From: Eledone cirrhosa
Lineage: Eukaryota
Direction of reading: 5' to 3'
NCBI GenBank assembly: GCA_964016885.1
Contig: OZ024744.1
Location: 135,346,001 to 135,410,000 of the forward strand
Length of the DNA: 64,000 nt
Shown: piece by piece, positions 14,426 through 26,981 of the stretch
Position numbering within the stretch: position 1 is the stretch's first letter
How the letters are laid out: each line of letters opens with the position of its first letter
Notes under the pieces: model-generated
What the model was told of the DNA's origin: nothing
Database searches by the model: none
The model's input: only the letters and a program-made list of their open reading frames with translations
Translations under genes and position numbers: made by a program

Positions 14426-17400
14426 AGACTAGATTTAGACTTAACTTAAAACAATACCATGCGTTACAACCCAACTTTAGACATACAACCCAACCACAAG
14501 TCTTAGACTTAGACTTAAACACCAACCCCAAGCCTTAGACTTAGACTTAAACTCAATCCCAAATCCTTAGACTTGGACTTAAACCCCAACCCCAAGCCTT
14601 AGACGTAGACATGAAACCCAACCCCAACATTAGACTTAGACTTAAACCCCAACCCCAAGCCTTAGTTTTAAATCCTAACCCCAAGACTTAGACTTAGACT
14701 TAAATCCAAATCCAAGCCTTAGACTTAGACTTAAACCTGAACCCAAAGCCTTAGACTTAGACATAAAACACAACCACAAGCATTAGACTTATACCCTAAC
14801 CCCAAGCCTTAGATTTAAACCCCAACACCAAGCCTTAGATTTAGACTTAAACCCCAACCCCAAGCATTAGACTTAGACACAAACCACAACGACTAGCATT
14901 AGACTCAAACTTAAACCCCAACCACAAGCTATATACTTAGATTTAAACCCCAACCGCAAGGCTTAGACATAGACTTAACTCCGAACCACAAGCGTTAGAC
15001 TTAAACCCTAACCCCAAGCCTTAGACTTAGACTTAAACTCAAACCTAAGCCTTAGACTTTGACTTAAACCACAACCTAAAGCCTTAGAATTAGACTTAAA
15101 CCCAAACCCAAAGACTTAGACTTGGACTTAAACCCCAACCACAAGCCTTAGATTTAGACTTAAATCCCAAATCCAAGCCTTAGACTTAGATATAAAACCC
15201 AACCACAAGCATTAGACTTAGAATGATATCCCAACACCAAGCCTTAGATTTAAATACTAACCCCAAGACTTAGACCTAAACCCCAACCCCAAGCATTAGA
15301 CTTAGATTTACACACCAACCCTAAGCCTTAGACTTAGATTTAAACCTCAACCCAAAGCCTTATACTTAGACTTAAACCCCAACACCAGGCTTTAGATTTA
15401 ATCCCTAACCCCAAGACTTAGACTTAAACCCCATCCCTAAGTCTTAGACTTCGAATTAAATCCCAAACCAAAGCCTTAGACTTAGACTTAAACCCAACCC
15501 CAATGCCTCCGACTTAGACTTAAACCCCAATTCCAAGCCTTAGGCTTAGATTTAAACCTCTAACCCGAAAACTTAGATTTAGACATAAACCCCAATCACA
15601 AGCCTTAGACTTAGACTTAAACCCCGACCCCAAGCCTTAGACTTAGACGTTAACCCGAATCCCAAGACTTTGACTTAGACATAAACCCGAAACACAAGCC
15701 TTAGATTTAGACTTAAATGAAAACCCCAAGCCTTAAACTTAGACTTAAACCCCAACTACAAGTCTTAGGCTTCGACTTAAACCCCAACCACAAGCCTTAG
15801 AATTAGACTTAAACTTCAAACCAAAGCCTTAGACTTAGACTTAAACCTCAACATAAAGCCTTAGTCTTAGATTTCAACCCAAACCCAAAGCCTTAGATTT
15901 AGACTTAAACCCAAACCCCAAGCCTTAGACTTAGATTTAGACCCCAACCCCAAGATTTAAACCTTAACCCAAATCCTTAGACTTAGACTTAAACCCCAAC
16001 CCCATGCTTTACACTTACTCTTAAACTCCAACCACAAGACTTAGGCCTACACTGAAACCCAAACCCAAGCCTTAATCTTAGACTTAAACCCCAACTCCAA
16101 GCCTTAGCTAGAAACCCCAACCCCAAGCTTTAGACTTAGATGTAAATCCCAACCACAAGCCTTAGATTTAGACTTAAACACCAACCCCAAGCCTTAGTCT
16201 TAGACATAAACCCCAACCACAAGCCTTAGACTCAGACTTAAACTTCAACACAAAGGCTTCGACTTAGACTTAAACCCCAACCCCAACCTTAGGTTTAAAC
16301 TTAAACCCAAATCCAAAGCCTTAGATTTGGATTTAAACCCCAACCCCAAGCCCTAGACTTAGACAAAACCCCAACCACAATAATTAGACTTAGACTTAAA
16401 CCCCAACCCAAGCCTTAGATTTAAACCCTAACCCCCAAACTTAGACTTAAACCCCAACCCAAGCCTTTGACTTAGACTTAAACCCGAACCACAAGCCTTA
16501 AAATTCCACTTAAATCCCAACACGAAGCCCTAAACTTAGACTTAAACCCCAACGACAATTCTTAGGCTTCGACTTAAACCCCAACCACAAACCTTAGAAT
16601 TAGACTTAAACCTCAAACCTAAGCCTTAGACTTTGACTTAAACCTCAAACTAAAGCCTTAGAATTAGACTTAAACCCAAACCCAAAGCCTTAGACTTGGA
16701 CTTAAACCCCAACCACAAGCATTAGACTTAGAATGATATCCCAACACCAAGCCTTAGATTTACATACTAACCCCAAGACTTAGAGCTAAACCCCAACCCC
16801 AAGCCTTAGACTTAGATTTACACACCAACCCTAAGCCTTAGACTTAGATTTAAACCTCAACCCAAAGCCTTATACTTAGACTTAAACCCCAATACCAAGC
16901 TTTAGATTTAATCCCTAACCCCAAGACTTAGACTTAAACATCATCCCCAAGTCTTAGACTTCGAATTAAATCCCAAACCAAAGCCTTAGACTTAAACTTA
17001 AACCCAACCCCAATGCCTCCGACTTAGACTTAAACCCCAACTCCAAGCCTTAGACTTAGATTTAAACCCTAAACCCAAGCCTTAGAATTAGACATAAAGC
17101 CCAACAAAAAGCCTTAGACTTAGACTTAAACCCCAACGCCAAGCCTTAGATTTAGACTTGAACCCCAACCCCAAGCCTTAGACTTAGACATGAGCCCCAA
17201 CTCCTAGCCTTAGACTTAACCTTACATCCCGACCGCAAGCATTAGACTTACATTTAAATCCCAACCCCATGCCTTAGTCTTAGACATAAACCCCAACCAC
17301 AAGCCTTAGACTCAGACTTAAACTTCAACACAAAGCCTTCGACTTAGACTTAAACCCCAACCCCAAGCCTTAGGTTTAGACTTAAACCCAAATCCAAAGC

Positions 17401-20400
17401 CTTAGACTTGGATTTAAACCCCAACCCCAAGCCCTAGACTTAGACATAAACCCCAACCACAAACATTAGACTTAGACTTAAACCCCAACCCAAGCCTTAG
17501 ATTTAAACCCTAACCCCAAAACTTAGACTTAAACCCCAACCCAAACCTTTGACTTACACTTAAACCCAAACCACAAGCCTTAAAGTTCCACTTAAATCCC
17601 AACCCGAAGCCCTAAACTTAGACTTAAACCCCAACGACAATTATTAGGCTTCAACTTAAACCCCAACCACAAACCTTAGAATTAGACTTAAACCTCAAAC
17701 CTAAGCCTTAGACTTTGACTTAAACCTCAATCTAAAGCCTTAGAATTAGACTTAAACCCAAACCCAAAGATTTAGACTTGGACTTAAACCCCAACCACAA
17801 GCCTTAGATTTAGACTTAAATCCCAAATACAAGCCTTAGACTTAGATATAAACCCCAACCACAAGCATTAGACTTAGAATGATATCCCAACACCAAGCCT
17901 TAGATTTAAATACTAACCCCAAGACTTAGACCTAAACCCAACCCCAAGCCTTAGACTTAGATTTACACACCAAACCTAAGCCTTAGACTTAGATGTAAAC
18001 CTCAACCCAAAGCCTTATACTTAGACTTAAACCCCAACACCAAGCTTTAGATTTAATCCCTAACCCCAAAACTTAGACTTAAACCCCATCCCCAAGTCTT
18101 AGACTTCGAATTAAATCCCAAACCAAAGCCTTAGACTTAAACTTAAACCGAACCCCAAAGCCTCCGACTTAGACTTAAACCCCAACTCCAAGCCTTAGAC
18201 TTAGATTTAAACCCTAAACCCAAGCCTTAGAATTAGACATAAAGCCCAACAAAAAGCCTTAGACTTAGACTTAAACCCCAACGCCAAGCCTTAGATTTAG
18301 ACTTGAACCCCAACCCCAAGCCTTAGACTTAGACATGAGCCCCAACTCCTAGCCTTAGACTTAACCTTACATCCCGACCGCAAGCATTAGACTTACATTT
18401 AAATCCCAACCCCAAGCCTTAGTCTTAGACATAAACCCCAACCACAAGCCTTAGACTCAGACTTAAACTTCAACACAAAGCCTTCGACTTAGACTTAAAC
18501 CCCAGCCCCAAGCCTTAGGTTTAGACTTAAACCCAAATCCAAAGCCTTAGACTTGGATTTAAACCCCAACCCCAAGCCCTAGACTTAGACATAAACCCCA
18601 ACCACAAACATTAGACTTAGACTTAAACCCCAACCCAAGCCTTAGATTTAAACCCTAACCCCAAACTTAGACTTAAACCCCAACCCAAACCTTTGACTTA
18701 CACTTAAACCCGAACAACAAGCCTTAAAATTCCACTTAAATCCCAACACGAAGCCCTAAACTTAGACTTAAACCCCAACGACAATTCTTAGGCTTCGACT
18801 TAAACCCCAGCCACAAACCTTAGAATTAGACTTAAAACTCAAACCTAAGCCTTAGACTTTGACTTAAACCACAACCTAAAGCCTTAGAATTAGACTTAAA
18901 CCCAAACCCAAAGACTTAGACTTGGACTTAAACCCCAACCACAAGCCTTAGATTTAGACTTAAATCCCAAATCCAAGCCTTAGACTTAGATATAAAACCC
19001 AACCACAAGCATTAGACTTAGAATGATATCCCAACACCAAGCCTTAGATTTAAATACTAACCCCAAGACTTAGACCTAAACCCCAACCCCAAGCATTAGA
19101 CTTAGATTTACACACCAACCCTAAGCCTTAGACTTAGATTTAAACCTCAACCCAAAGCCTTATACTTAGACTTAAACCCCAACACCAAGCTTTAGATTTA
19201 ATCCCTAACCCCAAGACTTAGACTTAAACCCCATCCCTAAGTCTTAGACTTCGAATTAAATCCCCAACCAAAGCCTTAGACTTAGACTTAAACCCAACCC
19301 CAATGCCTCCGACTTAGACTTAAACCCCAACTCCAAGCCTTAGACTTAGATTTAAACCCTAAACCGAAGCCTTAGAATTAGACATAAAGCCCAACAACAA
19401 GCCTTAGATTTAGACTTGAACCCCAACCCCAAGCCTTATTCTTAGACATGCGCCCCAACTCCTAGCCTTAGACTTAACCTTACATCCCGACCGCAAGCAT
19501 TAGACTTACATTTAAATCCCAACCCCAAGCCATAGACTTAGACTTAAACCCCAACGACAAGGCTTAGACATAGACTTAACCCCGAACCACAAGTCTTAGA
19601 TTTAAACCCCAACGCCAAGCCTTGGGCTTAGACATAAACCCCAACCACAAGACTTAGACTTAGACTTAAACCTCAAGCCAAAAACTTGGACTTAGACTGA
19701 CACCCCAATCCCAAGCCTTAGACTTAGACTTAAACCCAAACCCAAAGTCTAGACTTGGACTTAAACCCCAACCCCAAGCCTTAGGTTTAGATTTAAACTC
19801 AAACCCAAAGCCTTAGACTTGGATTTAAACCCCACCCAAGCCTTAGACTTAGACATAAACCCCAACCACAAGCATTAGACTTAGACTTCAACCCTAACAC
19901 CAAGCCTTAGATTTAAACACCAACCCCAAAACTTAGACTTAAACCCCAACCCAAGCCTTCGACTTAGACGTTAACCTGAATCCCAAGCCTTTGACTTAGA
20001 CTTAAACCCGAACGACAAGCCTTAAACTTCCACTTAAATCCCAACCCCAAGCCCTAAACTTAGACTTAAACCCCAACCACAATTCTTAGGCTTCGACTTA
20101 AACCCCAACCACAAGCCTTAGAATTAGACTTAAACCTCAAACCTAAGCCTTGGACTTAGACTTAAACCTCAACCTAAAGCCTTAGAATTAGACTTAAACC
20201 CCAACCCCAAGCCTTAGACTTAGATTTACACACCAACCCCAAGCCTTAGACTTAGATTTAAACCTCAACCCCAAGCCTTATGCTTAGACTTAAACCCAAA
20301 CCCAAAGCCTTAGACTTAGATGTTAACCCGAATCCCAAGCCATTGACTTAGATTTAGACCCCAACACCAAGCCTTAGACATAGATTTAAACCTCAACCCA

Positions 20401-23400
20401 AATCCTTAGACTTACACTTAAACCACAACCCCAAGCTTTACACTTAGTCTTAAATCCCAACCCCAAGACTTAGGCTTAGACTGAAACCCAAACCCAAGCC
20501 TTAGTCTTAGATTAAACCCCAACTCCAAGCCTTAGCATGAAACCCTAACCCCAAGCTTTAGACTTAAATCCCAACCCCAAGTCTTAGACTTAGAGTTAGA
20601 CCCCAACCCCAAGAATTAGACTTAGATTTAAACCTCAACCCAAAGCCTTAGACGTAGACTTAAACCCCAACCCCAAGCCTTATGCTTAGACATAAACCCC
20701 AACAACAAGCATTAGGCTTAGACATAAACGCTAACACCAAGCCTTAGATTTAAGCACTAATCCCAAGACTTAGACTTAAACCACAACCCAAGCCTTAGAC
20801 TTAGACTTAAACCTCAACCCAACGTCTTAGATTTAGATTTAAACATCAACTCAAAGCCTTAGACTTAGATTTAAACCCCAACCCCAATGCTTAGACTTAG
20901 ATTTAGATCCCAACCCCAAGTCTTAGATTTAGACTTAAACCCCAACCCCAAGCTTTAGACTTAGACAGAAACCCCAACCACAAGCGTTAGACTCAGACTT
21001 AAACTTCAACACAAAGCTTTAGACGTAGACTTAAACCCCAACCCCAAGCCTTAGCTTTAGACTTAAACCCAAACCCAAAGCCTTAGACTTGGATTTAAAC
21101 CCCAACCCCAATCCTTAGACTTAGACATAAACCCCAACCACAAGCATTAGACTTAGACTTAAACCCTAACACCAAGTCTTAGATTTAAACCCTAACCCCA
21201 AAACTTAGACTTAAACCCCAACCCAAGCCTTAGACTTAGACGTTAACCTGAATCCCAAGCCTTTGACTTAGACTTAAACCCGAACCACAAGCCTTAAACT
21301 TCCACTTAAATCCCAACCCAAGCCCTAAACTTAGACTTAAACTCCAACCGCAATTCTTAGGGTTCGACTTAAACCCCAACCACAAGCCTTAGAATTAGAC
21401 TTAAACCTCAAACCTAAGCCTTAGACTTAGCCTTAAACCTCAACCTAAAGCCTTAGAATTAGACTTAAACCCCAACCCCAAGCCTTAGACTTAGATTTAC
21501 ACACCAACCCCAAGCCTTAGACTTAGATTTAAATCTCAACCCAAAGCCTTATACTTAGACTTAAACCCCAACACCAGGCCTTAGATTTAATCCCTAACCC
21601 CAAGACTTAAACTTAAACCCCATCCCCAAGTCTTAGACTTCGAATTAAATCCCAACCCGAAGCCTTTGACTTAGACTTAAATCCAACCCCAATGCCTCCG
21701 ACTTAGACTTAAAACCCCAACGCCAAGCCTTAGATTTAGACTTGAACACCAACCCCAAACCTTAGACTTAGACATGAGCCCCAACTCATAGCCTTAGACA
21801 TAACCTTACATCCCGACCGGAAGCCTTAGACTTACATTTAAATCCCAACTCTAAGCCTTAGACTTAGACTTAAACCCGAACCAAAGACTTAGACGTAGAC
21901 TTAACACCGAACCACAAGTCTTAGATTTAAACCCCAACCACAAGACTTAGACTTAGACTTAAACCTAAACCCAAAGCCTTAGACTTAGACTTAAACCCCA
22001 ATCCCAAGCCTTAGACTTAGACTTAAACCCAAACCCAAAGTCTAGACTTGGACTTAAAACCCAACACCAGGTTTTAGACTTAAACTTAAACCCTAAGCCC
22101 AAGCCTTAGACTTAAACATAAACGCCAAGCCTTAGCTTTAGACTTGAACCACAACCCTAAGCCTTAAACTTAGATTTAAACCCTAACACAATGCCTTAGA
22201 GTTAGACATACACCCCAACCACAAGTCTTAGACTTAGAATTAAACCCCAACACCAAGCCTTTAGACTTAGACTTAAACTCAAACCCAAATCCTTAGACTT
22301 GGACTTAGACCCCAACCGCAAGCCTTTTACATGAACCACAACCCCAAGCCTTTGACTTAGACTTAAACCCCAACCCCAAGCCTTAGATTTAAACCCGAAC
22401 CCCAAGCCTCAGGCTTAGACATAAAGCACAACCACAAGCATTAGACTTAGACTTAATCCCCCACACCAAGCCTTAGATTTAAGCCCTAACCCCAAGACTT
22501 AGACTTGAACCCCAACCCCAAGCCTTAGACTCAGACTTGATACCCAAATCCTAGCCTTAGACTTAACCTTAAATGACAAACCCAAGCCTTAGACTTACAT
22601 TTAAATCCCAACCACAGGCCTAAGGCTTAGACTTAAACCACAACACCAAGCAGTAGACTTAAAGACTAACCCCAAGCCTTAGATTTAAACCCCAACACCA
22701 AGCCTTAGACTTAGACTTAAAACCCAATCCCAAGCCTTTGAATTAGACTTGAACCACAACTCCTAGCATTAGACTCAAACTTAAACCCAAACCACAAGCC
22801 TTAGACTTAGACTTAAACCCCAACCGCAAGGCTTAGACATAGACTTAACTCCGAACGACAAGCCTTAGACTTAAACCCCAACCACAATCCTTAGAATTAG
22901 ACTTAAACCTCAAACCTAAGCATTAGACTTAGACTTAAACCTCAACCTAAAGCCTTAGAATTAGACTTAAACCCAAACCCAAAGACTTAGACTTGGACTT
23001 AAACCCCAACCCAAGCCTTAGATTTAGACTTAAACCCCGACTCCAAGCCTTAGACTTAGATGTAAATCCCAACCACAAGCATTAGACTTAGAATTAAACC
23101 CCAACCCCAAGCCTTAGATTTAAACACTATCCCCAAGACTTAGACTTAAACCCCAACCCCAAGCCTTAGACTTAGATTTAGACACCAACCCCAAGCCTTA
23201 GACTTAGATTCAAACCCCAACCCCAAGCCTTAGACTTAGACATGAGCCCCAACTCCTAGCCTTAGACTTAACTTTACATGCCGACTGCAAGCCTTAGACC
23301 TTCATTTAAATCCCAACCTCAAGTCTTAGACTTAGACTTAAATCCCAACCCCAAGCCTTAGACTTAGACTTAAACCCCAACCACAAGGCTTAGACATAGA

Positions 23401-25668
23401 CTTAATCCCGAACCACAAGTCTTAGATTTAGACCCCAACCCCAAGCCTTAGCCTTAGAGTTAAACCTTAACCCAAATCCTTAGACGTAGACTTAAATCCC
23501 AACGCCAAGCTTTACACTTACTCTTAAACCCCAACCCCAAGACTTAGGCTTAGACTGAAACCCAAACCCAAGCCTTAGTCTTAGACTTAAACCCCAACTC
23601 CAACCTTAGCATGAAACCCTAACCCCCAGCTTTAGACTTAAACCCCAACCCCAAGCCTAAGACTTAGATTTAGACCCCAACCCCAGCCTTAGATTTAGAC
23701 TTAAACCCCAACCCCAAGCCTTAGACATAGACATAAACCCCAACCACAAGCCTTAGACTCAGACTTATACTTCAACAGAAAGCCTTAGACTTAGACTTAA
23801 ACCCCAACCCCAAGCCTTAGACTTAGACTTAAACCCAAACCCAAAGTCCTAGACTTGGACTTAAAACCCAACCCCAAGTCTTAGACTTAGACTTAAACCC
23901 TAAGCCCAAGCCTTAGACTTAAACATCAACTCCAAGCCTTAGCTTTAGACTTGAACCACAACCCTAAGCCTTAAACTTAGATTTAAACCCTAACACAATG
24001 CCTTGGAGTTAGACAACCACAAATCTTAGACTTAGACTTAAACCCCAACCCCTAGCCTTAGACTGAGACATGAACCACAAACCCTAGCCTCAGACTTAGA
24101 CTTAAACGCGAACCCCAAGCTTAGACTTAAACCCGAACCCCAGGCTTAGACTTAAAACCCAAACCCAAGCCTTTGACTTAGACTTAAACCTTAACCCAAA
24201 TCCTTAGACATAGACTTAAACCCCAACGCCAAGCTTTACACTTACTCTTAAACCTCAACCCCAAGACTTAGGCTTAGACTGAAACCCAAACCCAAGCCTT
24301 AGACTTAGACTTGAACCACAACTCCTAGCATTAGACTCAAACTTAAACCCCAACCACAAGTTTTAGACTTAGACTTAAACCCCAACCGCAAGGTTTAGAC
24401 ATAGACTTAACTCCGAACCACAAGCCTTAGACTTAAACCCCAACCCCAAGCCTTAGACTTAGACTGAAACCCAAACCCAAAGCCTTAGACTTAGATATTA
24501 ACCCGAATCCCACGCCCTTGACTTAGACTTAAACCCGAACCACAAGCCTTAGACTTAGATTTAGACCCCAACCCCAATCCTTAGACTTAGACTTAAACCC
24601 CAACCCCCAGCTTTACACTTAGTCTTAAACCCCAACCCGAAGACTTATGCTTAGATTGAAACCCAAACCCAAGCCTTAGTCTTAGACTTAAACCCCAACC
24701 CCAAGTCTTAGACTTAGATTTAGACCCCAACCCCAAGCTTTAGACTTAGATTTAAACCTCAACCCATAGCCTTAGACGTAGACTTAAACCCCAACCCCAA
24801 GCCTTAGACTTAGACATAAACCCTAACACCAAGCCTTATATTTAAACCCTAACCCCAATACATAGACTTAAACCACAACCCAAGCCTTAGACTTAGACCT
24901 AAACCTCAACCCAAAGTCTTAGATTGAGATTTAAATATCAACTCAAAGCCTTAGACTTAGATAAACCCCAACCCCAAGTCTTAGACTTAGATTTAAACCT
25001 CAACACAAATCCTTAGACTTAGACTTAAACCCCATCCCCAAGCCTTAGACTTAGACTTAAACCCCAACCACAAGCCTTAGACTCAGACTTAAACTTCAAC
25101 ACAAAGCCTTAGACTTAGACTTAAACCCCAACCCCAAGCCTTAGGTTTAGACTTATACCCAAACCCAAAGTCTTAGACTTGGATTTAAACCCCAACCCCA
25201 AGCCTTAGACTTAGACATAAACCCCAACCACAAGCATTAGACTTAGACTTAAACCCTAACACCAAGCCTTAGATTTAAACCCTAACCCCAAAACTTAGAC
25301 TTAAACCCCAACCCAAGCCTTAGACTTAGACTTAAACCCCAACCCAAAGCCTTAGATTTAGATTTAAACATCAACTCAAAGCCTTAGACTTAGACTTAAA
25401 CCCCAACCCCAAGCCTTAGACTTAGATTTAAACCTCAACACAAAGCCTTAGACTTAGACTTAAACCCCAACTCCAAGCCTTATCATTAAACCCTAAACCC
25501 AAGCTTTAGACTTAAACCCAAACCCAAATCCTTAGACTTAGACTTAAACCCCAACCCCCAGCCTTAGACTTAGACATAACCCCAAACACAAGCCTTAGAC
25601 TTAGACTTAAACCCAAACCCAATGCCTTAGACTTACACTTAAACCGCAACCCCAAGACTTAGACTTAG

Positions 25669-25716
25669 CCCACTACATACCTGAATCACTCTCTATTCCC
25701 CCTCTCACTAAACCAA
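25669..25716. repeat. Partial unit of the 74 bp minisatellite, left of the LINE
   Basis: ccactacatacct...ctctattccccctctcactaaaccaa matches the unit at 30620-31868. Confidence 0.75.
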
Positions 25717-25724
25717 GCATTTCG

Positions 25725-26939
25725 GTGCTAATGAATAACCAGCCAACAGCACAAAAATACTCTGTATCACCCATTGTGTCTCCCCGCTTCACCTTTTTCT
25801 CCACATACAGGGGAAAAAGTACACAAAGAATAAAAATTATGAATATCACACCAAATGTAAATATTTGGTGGATACTATGTGGATTCATTGACTTTGATGA
25901 AGACAGGATAATATCAGTAGGAAAGTCCTCCGGAGGTGTATTTAGTGGGACCAGCGTAGAAGATCTGGTGCAAATGATCCCAGAACGAATAGCGAATATC
26001 CCACAACGCGTGCCTCTGGACGGGCTAACTTATATAAACATTTCGTGGAGGGAAGGCGGCCGTCATGATACCACTGCTTAAGAAGGGGTCACCTGAGGGC
26101 TACCTGTCCAAAATTAACGAGTAAAAAAAAAAGCTCTTCTGCCAACCCCGAACACAACAACACAACCACCACCACCACCTCCACCACCACCACAACAACA
26201 ACAACAACAACCACAACAACACGGAAAAATAACAACACAAGACACTGTTCCACCCAACCCCTCCCCACCTAAAACAAATACAAAAGCAACCACAACAAAA
26301 CACCCAAATATACCCCTCCCCAACAACACGGAAGAGGACTCCGTATCAACGTCAACCAGTGACGACGAGGGAGAACCCTTTCAACAGGTGAAAAGGCAAA
26401 AAAAAGTCACCACATTAACAAAAATGCAACAAACACACAACCACCAGCACAAACAGAACAAACATCACAAACAAAAAACCCACCCCTCCCGAAAACATAA
26501 CACATACTACAAAACGCAAACACGCACAAGAACAACAAACAAAAACAAAAACAAACATAACACAACAAAAACTCTATACATACATTAACAAGAACAATAA
26601 AACTTTGATGAAAGCAATAGACAATAACCCTTCGGTGGAAACCGAAGGGATCACTTTCACCTACGCAGCGGACAAACCGCACCTAATGATGATTAGGGTC
26701 CCAATGGAAGCCTATGTAACTCTGAAAAAGAACCATCCAATGCATGTGGGGACCACCTGCACCAAACTACTTAACAGCGTCCTATTGAGATGTTTCCCCA
26801 CCTCACACCAGACACCCATACCCCAATCCCACCACACACTGATGTCCTCACCCCACCACAAACCACTGCCCCACCAAACAACCCTTCCAACACCCCCATG
26901 GAAATTGTGCAGCCTGGTCCCCAGGAGACGAAGAGGTAA
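25725..26939 (+). pseudogene. Disrupted LINE ORF1 (zinc knuckle plus low-complexity Pro/Thr/Gln linker)
   Basis: Shifted frame reads FVEGRRPS*YHCLRRGHLRATCP, a Cx2Cx4Hx4C knuckle at 26066-26107 with the first Cys turned to TGA; the last frame ends PMEIVQPGPQETKR* at 26939. Confidence 0.65.
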
Positions 26940-26981
26940 GTAATTTCCTTTCCTCTTCCTTTTTACCTCTTCAGCACCAAC

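Larger units (their letters stand above)
2073..25668. repeat. Degenerate 32 bp satellite (CTTAAACCCCAACCCCAAGCCTTAGACTTAGA)n with 26 bp variants and higher-order repeats
   Basis: Unit read directly; 26 bp variants lack one TTAGAC; diagnostic variants recur at about 1145 bp and about 19 kb spacing. Confidence 0.97.

Noticed and set aside
13112-22405. ORFs 13112-13294 and 22202-22405
   Set aside because: They are translations of satellite sequence.
26066-26068. TGA at a Cys position of the ORF1 zinc knuckle as selenocysteine recoding
   Set aside because: ORF1 also carries frameshifts and no SECIS-like structure was recognised; a simple nonsense mutation is more parsimonious.
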